Positions 8,951 through 17,422 of a stretch of 64,000 nucleotides of DNA are shown in pieces (within the stretch, counting starts at the first letter, position 1; each line of letters starts with the position of its first letter). Source of the DNA: Fibrobacteria bacterium (GTDB taxonomy: Bacteria > Fibrobacterota > Fibrobacteria > UBA11236); the NCBI GenBank assembly GCA_035275285.1, contig DATENA010000247.1, positions 241 to 64,240 on the forward strand, written 5' to 3'. The translations under genes were made by a program, and so were the position numbers. Below the pieces are notes generated by a model. The model did not search any database. It had not been told where the DNA came from and worked only from the letters and a program-made list of their open reading frames with translations.

Positions 8951-10551
8951 TGGCGAGAGTACTGCATGACATCCTGCTCGAGGCGGCCGAAGCCCGGCCG
9001 GACAAGGCGGCGGTCCTGATCCGGGACGCGTCCATGACTTACGCCGAGGTCCTGGGGGAAGCGCGCCGTCTCGCGGAAGTGCTGATGGCCTCCGGCGTCA
9101 AGCGCGTCGATCGCGTCGGTTGTTTCCTGGAGAAGCGTTTCGAAAAGGTCACTTCCATCTTCGGGATATCCATGGCCGGCGGCGTATTCGTTCCCATCCG
9201 GCGCTTGTCCACCTCGGCGCAGGCCGCCCATATCGTCCAGGACAGCGGTTCCCAGGTGGTCATCACCACCTATTCCCGCCTGCCCGTGCTCGCGGAATCG
9301 CTCGAGGACATGCCCTGCCTCCGCCTGGTCCTGGCCATCGGGTCCGCGGAGGAAGGGAAGGGCGCGCAGCTTCCCGGCGTGGAGGTCAGGGACTGGAGCG
9401 CCTCGCTGGCCGGCGCTTCCGGCCGCCCGGAGGTTCCGCGCGTGGTCGAGCCCGACCTGGCCGCCATCATGTACACCTCCGGGTCCACCGGCAGCCCCAA
9501 GGGCGTGGTGTTCAGCCACCTCAACGTGGTGGCGGGCGCCTGCACGGTTTCCGAATACCTCAAGATCACGGAGCATGACCGCCTGCTCAGCATCCTGACC
9601 TTCGGCTTCGACTATGGGCTCAACCAGCTGACCACGTGCTTCCTCAAGCAGGCCTCCCTCGTGCTCCTGGACTACCTGTTCCCCAAGGACATCACCGCCG
9701 CGGTGAACAAGTACGGCGTGACCGGGCTGGCAGCGGTGGCCGCGACCTGGATCCAATTGGTGCCGATCGAGGATTTCCAGGAGGCGCGCATGCCCACCTT
9801 GAGGTACGTCACCAATTCCGGCGGCGCCGTTCCCGAGGAGTTCGTGCGCGCCATCCGCCGGAAGCTGCCCAAGGTCTCCGTCTACCTGATGTACGGGCTC
9901 ACGGAGGCGTTCCGGTCCACCTTCCTCGATCCGGAGCTGGTGGATCTGTACCCCACTTCCATGGGGAAGGCCATACCGGGCGAGGAGATCATGATCCTCG
10001 ATCCCCAGGGCCGGCCGGTGAAACCCGGGGAAGTCGGTGAGCTGGTGCACCGCGGCGTGCTGGTGGCCCAAGGCTATTGGAACGCCCCCGAGCTCACCGC
10101 CAAGCGCTACAAGCGCAATCCCATGCAGCCCGCCGAAGTGCCCATCCCGGAAATGGCGGTATTCTCGGGCGACAAGGTGCGCATCGACGAAAAGGGTTTC
10201 CTCTACTTCGTGGGCCGGGACGACGAGATGATAAAGACCGCCGGCAACCGCGTCAGCCCCACGGAGATCGAGGACTTGCTGTACAAGTCGGGCTTCATCC
10301 GGGCGGCCATGGCCTTGGGCGTCCCGCACGGGAAATACGGGCAATCCGTGTACGCGGTCGTGGTCCTCGGGGAGGGGCGCGTTCCGGACGCCAAGGAGAT
10401 CCTGGCCCATTGCAAAAAGGTCATGCCCGCCTACATGGTGCCCGCGCAGATCGAATTGCGCGAGTCCTTGCCGCGCAACGCCAACGGCAAGCTCGACCGC
10501 GCGCTCATCAGGAAACAGGTATATGAAAAGTTAGGATTGGCCCCGAAATGA
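8950..10551 (+). CDS. acyl-CoA ligase (AMP-forming), exosortase A system-associated
   Basis: The AMP-binding signature IMYTSGSTGSPKGVVFSH is present. 533 aa. The TAATG overlap with the upstream hydrolase and the ATGA-type overlap downstream indicate an operon. Confidence 0.9.
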   Translation: MARVLHDILLEAAEARPDKAAVLIRDASMTYAEVLGEARRLAEVLMASGVKRVDRVGCFLEKRFEKVTSIFGISMAGGVFVPIRRLSTSAQAAHIVQDSGSQVVITTYSRLPVLAESLEDMPCLRLVLAIGSAEEGKGAQLPGVEVRDWSASLAGASGRPEVPRVVEPDLAAIMYTSGSTGSPKGVVFSHLNVVAGACTVSEYLKITEHDRLLSILTFGFDYGLNQLTTCFLKQASLVLLDYLFPKDITAAVNKYGVTGLAAVAATWIQLVPIEDFQEARMPTLRYVTNSGGAVPEEFVRAIRRKLPKVSVYLMYGLTEAFRSTFLDPELVDLYPTSMGKAIPGEEIMILDPQGRPVKPGEVGELVHRGVLVAQGYWNAPELTAKRYKRNPMQPAEVPIPEMAVFSGDKVRIDEKGFLYFVGRDDEMIKTAGNRVSPTEIEDLLYKSGFIRAAMALGVPHGKYGQSVYAVVVLGEGRVPDAKEILAHCKKVMPAYMVPAQIELRESLPRNANGKLDRALIRKQVYEKLGLAPK

Positions 10552-11798
10552 ACGCTTCCTCCCAGTCCGTCCCGGGCAGGTTCCCGTCCCGCGGCGGCGA
10601 GCTGATCGTCGGGGGCCGGCCGATCTCGGACATCGCCCGCGAGCATGGATCCCCGCTGTACGTCTACGACCTGGCCGTGCTGCGCGCCCGCCGGGCCGAG
10701 CTCCGCGCGGCCCTGCCCGGCAACCTCCTCATCACTTACGCGGTCAAGGCCAACCCGGAGCCCGGCATCGTCCGCGCCCTGGGGGCCCTGTACGACGGGG
10801 TGGACATCGCCTCGGGCGGGGAGATGCGCGTCGCGCTCGCCGCGGGCGTCCCCGCCGCCAAGATGAGCTTCGCCGGACCGGGCAAATCGCGGGAGGAGAT
10901 CCGCTTCGCGGTGGAGCGGGACATCGGCACCCTGAGCCTGGAAAGCGAGCGCGAACTCGATCACATCGAGGAGGCCTGCGCCTCCCTGGGGCGCGCGGCC
11001 GGAGTGATGGTGCGCGTCAATCCCGATTTCGAATTCACCCGCTCCGGGCTCAAGATGGGCGGCGGCTCCAAGCAGTTCGGGATCGACAGCGAACGGGTCC
11101 CGGCGCTGATCCAGAGGCTTTCCGCCTCCCGCCACGCGCGCTTCCAGGGCATCCATATCTTCTCCGGCACCCAGAACCTCAACGCGGACTCCGTCGTGGA
11201 CGCGTTCCGCAAGATCGCGGAATACACCGTCGGGCTCCGCGCCGCGACGGGCGCCGAAGTGCGCACCCTGAACCTGGGCGGAGGCTTCGGCATCCCCTAT
11301 TTCAAAGGCGATCAACCCTTGGACCTCGCCAGGACCGGGGAGGGCATCGGCGCCTTGTTGGCGGAGTTCGCGCCGCGGCTTCCCGGAACGGCCTTCAAGG
11401 TGGAGCTGGGGCGCTACCTGGTGGGCGAATGCGGCGTCTACCTGGCCCGGGTGCGCTACCGGAAGGAGTCGCGCGGCCAGGCCTTCCTGATCCTGGACGG
11501 GGGCATGCACCATCACCTCGCGGCTTCGGGGAACATCAGCCAGAGCCCCATCCGCCGCCAGATGCGATTGCTCGCCGCCAACCGCCTGGACGCGCCGGTG
11601 GAAAAGGTCAACGTGGTCGGGCCGTTGTGCACGCCCCTGGACACCTTCGGGCTGGGGGTGGAACTGCCCCGCCTGGAAGAGGGCGATTTCGTCGCCATCC
11701 CCAATTCCGGCGCCTATGGCATCTCCATGAGCCCGGCATCGTTCCTCGGGCATCCGCATCCCAAGGAAGTGCTCGTGGACGGGGAGGCGGCCGGATGA
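10548..11798 (+). CDS. PLP-dependent decarboxylase, Orn/DAP/Arg decarboxylase fold type III (diaminopimelate decarboxylase-like)
   Basis: The YAVKANPE motif carries the PLP lysine. 416 aa. The coding region overlaps both flanking genes by 4 nt. Confidence 0.85.
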   Translation: MNASSQSVPGRFPSRGGELIVGGRPISDIAREHGSPLYVYDLAVLRARRAELRAALPGNLLITYAVKANPEPGIVRALGALYDGVDIASGGEMRVALAAGVPAAKMSFAGPGKSREEIRFAVERDIGTLSLESERELDHIEEACASLGRAAGVMVRVNPDFEFTRSGLKMGGGSKQFGIDSERVPALIQRLSASRHARFQGIHIFSGTQNLNADSVVDAFRKIAEYTVGLRAATGAEVRTLNLGGGFGIPYFKGDQPLDLARTGEGIGALLAEFAPRLPGTAFKVELGRYLVGECGVYLARVRYRKESRGQAFLILDGGMHHHLAASGNISQSPIRRQMRLLAANRLDAPVEKVNVVGPLCTPLDTFGLGVELPRLEEGDFVAIPNSGAYGISMSPASFLGHPHPKEVLVDGEAAG

Positions 11799-13228
11799 TC
11801 ACGGTGCGCGAAACGGCCGAACCCGCGGCGGCGGAAGCGCGGCTCGCGGAGGCGGACGCCCTGGGGAAGCGCGCAGGTTACCCCATGCCCTATCACGATC
11901 CGCGCCTGGCCCTGGCCTGGTGGCGGCATTTCCACGGTCTCGACGGGGCCGATTTCGGCCCCAAGCGCGGCAAGAACTTCTACGGGGTGCGCAGCCGCGT
12001 CACGGCCCTCCGCATCCTGTGGGCCGAGGAAGACGGGAAACTGCTGGGGGTGCTCCCGCTCGCGCTGCAGGACGTGAAGACGGCCGGCGAGACCGGCGAC
12101 GTGCGCATGCTCTGCTTCTGCGGGGATTCCGTCATGTTCGCGTACCATGACATCGCGGCCGACGAGGCCCGGCGCGCGGAGGTGCTGGAGGCCTTTTTCG
12201 CGCATCTGGAGCCCGGCCTGGACCGGGATTACGACATCCTGTTCCTGGGCTACATGCCGCAACGCTCCGCCAACCTTCCCTGGCTGCGCGCGCGCGCGGA
12301 GGCCTGGAAGCGGGCGGGCCGCATCGCGAGCCTGGGCCCCAACCGCCGGCGCGGCGGGGTCTATCCGTGGACCCTGTATCCGCTGCAGAACCTGGCCAGG
12401 AAGATCGCGGAGAAGCTGCCGGGGCTGGATCCGGAAAAGGCGTCGCGCCTGGCCGATCTCGCCGCGGGCCTGGCCAAGGCCACCCCCGGCGCCCTCTTTT
12501 TCCCGGCCACCCGTTCCTCCCTGGAGCGGAAGGCCAGGGCCGTGCTGGAGGATCTTGCGGGCGAGGCGGCCGTGGAGGAGGAGCGCCGCGCCGCGGCGGA
12601 CCTGCTGGCGCCCATGCCCATCCCTTACCCGCACCTCGACCTGCCCAACACCGCGGAAGGCTTCCTGGAGCGCCTGAGCAAGGACACCCGCAGGTATTTC
12701 ACCCGCTACAAGCGCCGTTTCCTGGAAGCGGGCGGGAGCTTCGAAAAGGTGGAGGCCGGCAAGATCACGGCCGCCGACGTGGAAGAGTACCTCGAGCTGC
12801 ACCGCATGCGCTGGGGGGAGGATTCCGCCTCCCTGAACTCCTCGGAGGCCTGGAACTTCCACCGGGCGCTCAGCCTGGACGCCGCCAAGGCCGGGCGCTT
12901 CACGCTGTTCTTCGCCCGCTTCGAGGGCAAACGCATCGCCTCGCATTCCTGCCTGGATTTCCACCCGCGCCGGGAAGGCTATTACAACGGGCGGGATCCG
13001 GCGCAGGAGGAGTTGCGCGCCGGCCGCCTGCTCTACATGGAGACCATCAACGACGCCATGGAGAACGGGTTCACCGAGTACAACATGGGCTACGGCGGTC
13101 ACGATTACAAATCCAGTTTCGCGGCCCTGGAGGAGCATACCTTCAACCTGCTGCTCCATTCCGGCAAACGCGCGATCGATTTCGCGCGGGTGTTTTCCGG
13201 CTATGAGTCCATCGTTCCGGAAGCCTGA
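11795..13228 (+). CDS. FemAB/GNAT-like N-acyltransferase family protein, PEP-CTERM/exosortase A-associated
   Basis: ATGA overlap with the decarboxylase stop. 477 aa. Its position and size match the FemAB-like member of the known exosortase A cassette. I assigned it from context plus recollection of the family, not from a defined motif. Confidence 0.55.
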   Translation: MITVRETAEPAAAEARLAEADALGKRAGYPMPYHDPRLALAWWRHFHGLDGADFGPKRGKNFYGVRSRVTALRILWAEEDGKLLGVLPLALQDVKTAGETGDVRMLCFCGDSVMFAYHDIAADEARRAEVLEAFFAHLEPGLDRDYDILFLGYMPQRSANLPWLRARAEAWKRAGRIASLGPNRRRGGVYPWTLYPLQNLARKIAEKLPGLDPEKASRLADLAAGLAKATPGALFFPATRSSLERKARAVLEDLAGEAAVEEERRAAADLLAPMPIPYPHLDLPNTAEGFLERLSKDTRRYFTRYKRRFLEAGGSFEKVEAGKITAADVEEYLELHRMRWGEDSASLNSSEAWNFHRALSLDAAKAGRFTLFFARFEGKRIASHSCLDFHPRREGYYNGRDPAQEELRAGRLLYMETINDAMENGFTEYNMGYGGHDYKSSFAALEEHTFNLLLHSGKRAIDFARVFSGYESIVPEA

Positions 13229-13243
13229 AGGAAGGGGCGAGGC

Positions 13244-14431
13244 GTGTCCCCCGGGCTGACCAAGGTCCCCCTTCCGGGCCTGCGCGATCTCCTGGCGCCG
13301 CCCGCGCCGATCCGCACGCCGTTCCGCCCCGGTTACCGCACCGCTTATACCATGAACGGGCGCAATGCCATCCACTTGGGGCTTTCCGCCCTGGGGATAA
13401 GGCCGGGCGCGGTGGTGCTCCTGCCTGCCTTCCATTGCACCGCCCTGGTCGATCCGGTGATGGCCTACGGCGCCCGGCCCGCCTATTACCCGGTGCGCCG
13501 GGACCTGACCCTGGACCTGGCGTCGATCGAAGCCGCCCTGGTCCGGACCGGCGCTTCCGCGCTGCTGTGCGTGCATTTCTTCGGCTGGCCGGCGCCGGTG
13601 CGGGAGCTCCGGGCCTTGTGCGATCGCCATGGCGCGTCCCTCATCGAGGACGCCACCCACGGGCTTTTCGGGGAGGTGGAGGGGCGGCCCTACGGATGCT
13701 TCGGCGACGTGGCGGTGTTCAGCTTCCGGAAAACCCTGCCCGTCCAGGATGGGGGCGCCCTGGTGGTCCGCGCCGCCCGGGCCGCGTTTCCCCGGCCGCG
13801 CCGTTTTTTCCCCGCGCCTTACCAATTGCGCATGTTGAAGTGGACCTTGGACGCTTCCCGCGCGGGACCCTTCCGGCCCCAACCCGTTTCCCCGGCCGCG
13901 CGGGCTTCGGAGCCTCCGCCTCCCGGCGCCGATCGCGCCCGGACCCGCGGTTCGGGAGCCCGTTCCCCGGCCGGTATCCGGGGCCCGGATTCCCAGGAGG
14001 ATCCCGCCTTCGTCCCCGAATGCTTGTTGTTCCCGATGTCGCTGGCCTCGCGCCTGATCCTGGGCTCCGCGTCCGCCGGGGCCGTGGTGGCGGCGCGCAG
14101 GCGCAATTACGCGTTCCTGTCCCGGCGCCTGGCCGGCGTCGCCGGGCTGGAACCCTGCTTCCGGGACCTCCCGGAGGGCGTTTGCCCCATGGGATTTCCC
14201 TGCCTGGCGGGGGACGGCGGCCCGCGCTGGGACTACCGCTTGCGCGGCCACGGCGTGCCCGCGTTTTCCTTCGGCGAGGAGCTCCACGCCACCCTGGACC
14301 TCTCCGGCTTTCCGGACGCCCGCGAATTGTCCGAGCGCCTGGTGATCCTTCCCGTGCACCAGGGGCTTTCCGAAGCGGACCTGGAACGCATGGCGGCCCT
14401 GGTCATCGGGGCGTTCGGGGCGGCGGGGTAG
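13244..14431 (+). CDS. DegT/DnrJ/EryC1/StrS-like PLP-dependent aminotransferase-fold protein
   Basis: NGRNAIHLGLSALGI ... AVFSFRKTLPVQDGGAL is the K-containing segment typical of the family. It has an unusual Pro/Ala/Arg-rich low-complexity insertion near residues 205-250. Confidence 0.5.
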   Translation: MSPGLTKVPLPGLRDLLAPPAPIRTPFRPGYRTAYTMNGRNAIHLGLSALGIRPGAVVLLPAFHCTALVDPVMAYGARPAYYPVRRDLTLDLASIEAALVRTGASALLCVHFFGWPAPVRELRALCDRHGASLIEDATHGLFGEVEGRPYGCFGDVAVFSFRKTLPVQDGGALVVRAARAAFPRPRRFFPAPYQLRMLKWTLDASRAGPFRPQPVSPAARASEPPPPGADRARTRGSGARSPAGIRGPDSQEDPAFVPECLLFPMSLASRLILGSASAGAVVAARRRNYAFLSRRLAGVAGLEPCFRDLPEGVCPMGFPCLAGDGGPRWDYRLRGHGVPAFSFGEELHATLDLSGFPDARELSERLVILPVHQGLSEADLERMAALVIGAFGAAG

Positions 14432-14456
14432 CGGCTTTGCTACATTTGGCGCACCG

Positions 14457-15686
14457 ATGAAAAGGATCCTGCTGGTCGCCTTCCATTTTCCGCCCATCCA
14501 GGGCAGCAGCGGTTACCTGCGCACGCTCAAGTTCACCCGCTACCTGCCGGAGTTCGGGTGCGAGCCCATCGTATTGACGGTGAGGCCGGGCGCTTACGGC
14601 GCGGTGAATCCCCGCGGCCTGGAGCAGATCCCCGCGGGCCTGGAGGTCCACCGCAGCTTCGCGTTCGATCTGCCCAAACTGCTTTCCATCCGGGGGCGCC
14701 ACTTCTCGTGGATGAGCATCCCGGACCGCTATTCCCCTTGGATTCCCTTCGCGGTGATGGACGGGCTCCGCCTCATCCGCAAGCGCGGCATCGACGCGAT
14801 CTTCTCGACCTACCCCATCCCGGGCGCGCACGTCATCGGGGGGATGCTGCACCGCCTTTCCGGCAAGCCGTGGGTGGCGGATTTCCGCGATCCCATGTGG
14901 GACGATTATTCCCGACAGGCGTCCCTCTCCCTGAGCGTGCGCAAGGCCGTGGAGCGGCGCGCCATCGAGCGGGCGACCGCCGTGGTGGTGGCCACCCGGG
15001 GCATGAAGTCCATGTATGCCGCACGTTACCCCGGCATGCCCGCCGGCAAGACCACCGTGATCCTGAACGGTTTCGACGAGGAGGACTTCGCGGGGATGGA
15101 GACGCCTCCGCGCCGCAACGGCGGGCCCGCGGTCCTGATCCACGCGGGTCTCCTCGAGCGGATCGATCGCAACCCCGAAGCCTTCTTCCTGGCCGTCAAA
15201 TCCCTCCGCGACAGCGGCAAGGCGGGACCGGAGCGGCTGCGCGTCAGGCTCATCGCCACCGGCCAGGACGGCGAGTACCGGAAGAACCTGGAAGCGCTGG
15301 GCATCGCCGACATGGTCCGGCTGGAGCCGGCGATACCCTACGGCGAGGCCCTCTCGGCCATGGCCGCCTCGGACGTGTTGCTGCTGTTCCAGGGCCCTAC
15401 CTGCGACGCGCAGATCCCGGCCAAGCTGTACGAGTACATGCGCGTCGGCAAACCCATCCTGGCGCTGGCCACGGAGTCCGGCGAGACCGGCCGCCTGGTG
15501 ATCGCGTCCGGAGGCGGCAAGGTGGTCCCCATCGGGGACGCGGCCGCCATCGCCGCGTGCCTGGAAGAGTGGCTGGAATCGATCGAAGCGGGGCGCCCCT
15601 TGCCCGCCACCACCGCGGAAACGGCCTCGGCCTATGCGCGCCGGAACCAGGCCGGGCAATTGGCGGACATTTTCCGGGGCTTGTGA
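14457..15686 (+). CDS. glycosyltransferase family 4 (GT-B), PEP-CTERM/EpsH1 system-associated type
   Basis: 409 aa. The N-terminus MKRILLVAFHFPPIQGSSGY and the C-terminal EYMRVGKPIL region are typical of GT4. Confidence 0.8.
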   Translation: MKRILLVAFHFPPIQGSSGYLRTLKFTRYLPEFGCEPIVLTVRPGAYGAVNPRGLEQIPAGLEVHRSFAFDLPKLLSIRGRHFSWMSIPDRYSPWIPFAVMDGLRLIRKRGIDAIFSTYPIPGAHVIGGMLHRLSGKPWVADFRDPMWDDYSRQASLSLSVRKAVERRAIERATAVVVATRGMKSMYAARYPGMPAGKTTVILNGFDEEDFAGMETPPRRNGGPAVLIHAGLLERIDRNPEAFFLAVKSLRDSGKAGPERLRVRLIATGQDGEYRKNLEALGIADMVRLEPAIPYGEALSAMAASDVLLLFQGPTCDAQIPAKLYEYMRVGKPILALATESGETGRLVIASGGGKVVPIGDAAAIAACLEEWLESIEAGRPLPATTAETASAYARRNQAGQLADIFRGL

Positions 15687-15694
15687 AGGACGGG

Positions 15695-15767
15695 AGCCGC
15701 CTCCCGGACTCGAACGCGGGATCCGCTCATTGCGAATGAGCCGCTCTGCCGGTTGAGCTAAAGCGGC
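15695..15767 (-). tRNA. tRNA-like sequence (anticodon CGC, nominally Ala), probably degenerate or pseudo-tRNA
   Basis: The minus strand folds as a cloverleaf: acceptor GCCGCTT/AGGCGGC, a perfect D-arm GCTC-AACCGGCA-GAGC, and a perfect anticodon arm GCTCA-TTCGCAA-TGAGC with U33, anticodon CGC and A37. The T-loop is TTCGAGT, but the T-stem CCGCG/CCGGG has two central mismatches. The 3-70 pair is C:G, not the G3:U70 alanine identity element. No CCA is encoded. Coordinates are +/-1. Confidence 0.45.
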
Positions 15768-15818
15768 GGGGTAGAAGCGCAAATGCATAAAAACCCGCCT
15801 TTCCACGCGCACACCGCC

Positions 15819-15862
15819 CGGCCGCCGCAGGCGCGTCGGCCGGCCGCCGCAGGCGCGCCGTC
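15819..15862. repeat. tandem duplication of a ~22-bp GC-rich unit (cggccgccgcaggcgcg...)
   Basis: Two adjacent near-identical copies sit immediately next to the tRNA-like sequence and upstream of the secreted-protein genes. Confidence 0.5.
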
Positions 15863-15923
15863 TTGCTGATTTCCGGCCGCGAATCTATTTTCTGATGCCA
15901 TTCCATCTCCGCGGAGGCTCGAC

Positions 15924-17222
15924 GTGAAAGGATTCCTCAATCCACTGGCATTGGTTCTCTGCGCGGGGCTGGCGGCGGGGTCCGCCGAGGACCTCAAACT
16001 GTATTGGTATTTCAGCACCATCGACACCAATGCGGCCATCTGGGGGTCTTCCCGGGTGGAGTTCGACAAACGCGACAGCATCAAGGTGGCCTACCGCGGA
16101 TACGAGCATGACATCCGGTTCGCGGAGTTCACGCCCTGGCGGTGGCGGTCGGTGCAGGCGGACACCAATTACACGGGCGGGCCGGCCCAGATGAACGCCA
16201 CGCTGGCTTCCAACGGGCAACCGCACATCATCTACCAGAGCGCGGACTACCAGAGGGCCTACCATGCCACCTTCTCCGGCGGCAAATGGCAGCACAGGCT
16301 GCTGGGCAACATCGGCATCGAGAACCTGGACTGGTACCAGATGGCCATCGCTCCCGATTCCAAAGGCGGGGTGCACATGGTCTACGGGAAGGACGCCGGC
16401 GGCGATGCGACGGTGATGTACCACGCCTACATCGATTCCGCGGGAACGCTCAGCGATACGGGTTTCGCCAGCAAGGAACGATCGGGCAAATGGTGCTCCA
16501 TCACCGTGGATTCCAAGGACAGCCCCGTGATCGCGCATTTGCGGATCACGGAGGAGCGGCTCGCCGTGGCCTATATCGACAGCGGGGCCTGGAAAACCCA
16601 AACGATCGGCGAGGACCTGCCCCAGATCCCCATGGGCTTCCATGCCTCCATCCTGAGGGAATCGGACACCCTCTACCGGATCCTCTACCAGGACAGGAGC
16701 AGGAAAGAGCTTTGGATGGCCAGCGGAAAGCCCGGCGGAACCTGGACCACCGAGAAGATCGACAACCTGGACGGCTACACCAACTTCACCGCCCTGAACG
16801 ATATCGGCATGGGCAAGGACGGTACCCTGTTCGTAGCCTATACGAACATCACGTCTCCGGACGGGGAGACGGTGGACAAATGCAAGCTGATGTTCGCGTA
16901 CCGCAGGGACGGGGCATGGCAAAAGCAGGTGGTTGATTCGAGCGGCAAGGCCGGGGAGTTCGTCTCCATGGCGATCGATTCGAAAGGGCAGCCCGCCATC
17001 ACGTATTACGATCGCGGCACCCACCATCTGAAGCTGGCCCTCGGCAGCTTCACGGAGCTCACGGGCATCAAGCCGGCCGGAAAATCCCTGTCCCGTAGCG
17101 TCCTTCATTCCGGCGCGCCGTCCTTCGATGCGACCGGGAGATTGCGTTCCACCGTGACGGACGGGAACAATCCCAAATCGCGGAAAGCGAAGGGAAGGAC
17201 GATCCTGTTCACCGCGCCCTGA
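15924..17222 (+). CDS. secreted repeat protein, predicted beta-propeller (hypothetical)
   Basis: GTG start with a GGAGG RBS. Signal peptide MKGFLNPLALVLCAGLAAGSA. About seven repeats of a ~45-aa unit ending in VAY/IAY/ITYYD. GC is lower than the surroundings. Confidence 0.5.
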   Translation: MKGFLNPLALVLCAGLAAGSAEDLKLYWYFSTIDTNAAIWGSSRVEFDKRDSIKVAYRGYEHDIRFAEFTPWRWRSVQADTNYTGGPAQMNATLASNGQPHIIYQSADYQRAYHATFSGGKWQHRLLGNIGIENLDWYQMAIAPDSKGGVHMVYGKDAGGDATVMYHAYIDSAGTLSDTGFASKERSGKWCSITVDSKDSPVIAHLRITEERLAVAYIDSGAWKTQTIGEDLPQIPMGFHASILRESDTLYRILYQDRSRKELWMASGKPGGTWTTEKIDNLDGYTNFTALNDIGMGKDGTLFVAYTNITSPDGETVDKCKLMFAYRRDGAWQKQVVDSSGKAGEFVSMAIDSKGQPAITYYDRGTHHLKLALGSFTELTGIKPAGKSLSRSVLHSGAPSFDATGRLRSTVTDGNNPKSRKAKGRTILFTAP

Positions 17223-17230
17223 GGCAAATC

Positions 17231-17258
17231 CTCCCATTTGTCAAACATTTGACAAATG
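17231..17258. promoter_or_regulatory. perfect 13-bp inverted repeat with 2-nt spacer (cccatttgtcaaa ca tttgacaaatggg); candidate terminator hairpin or operator
   Basis: It starts 9 nt after the stop of the 15924..17222 gene and contains TGTCAAA/TTTGACA half-sites. A T-run follows about 15 nt downstream. Confidence 0.4.
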
Positions 17259-17366
17259 GGGGAATCCTCAAGTTTTTGGACCCGCGTCGTTGAAAAAGCG
17301 TTTTTAAAGGACAGGTCTGAAATGTCTCAAGCCTTGCAGCCCCCGTTATTCGCCCCCGTCCGCCGG

Positions 17367-17395
17367 TTGCATTCACGGGGGTTGCCTGCTATGAT
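17367..17395 (+). promoter_or_regulatory. sigma70-like promoter candidate (TTGCAT - 17 nt - TATGAT)
   Basis: -35 TTGCAT and -10 TATGAT with a 17-nt spacer. It lies about 28 nt upstream of the ATG at 17423. Confidence 0.4.
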
Positions 17396-17422
17396 AATGG
17401 GGTGTTGAAAGGTCGGGTAACC

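Noticed and set aside
8014-10551. 845-aa ORF starting at 8014
   Set aside because: The N-terminal 312 codons are an out-of-frame overlap of the hydrolase genes. The real ligase starts at the ATG at 8950 (MARVLHD), right at the upstream stop.
11714-14497. 927-aa minus-strand ORF spanning the FemAB-like and DegT-like genes
   Set aside because: Antisense artefact of a 70 % GC region. No recognisable domains. The sense genes are well supported.
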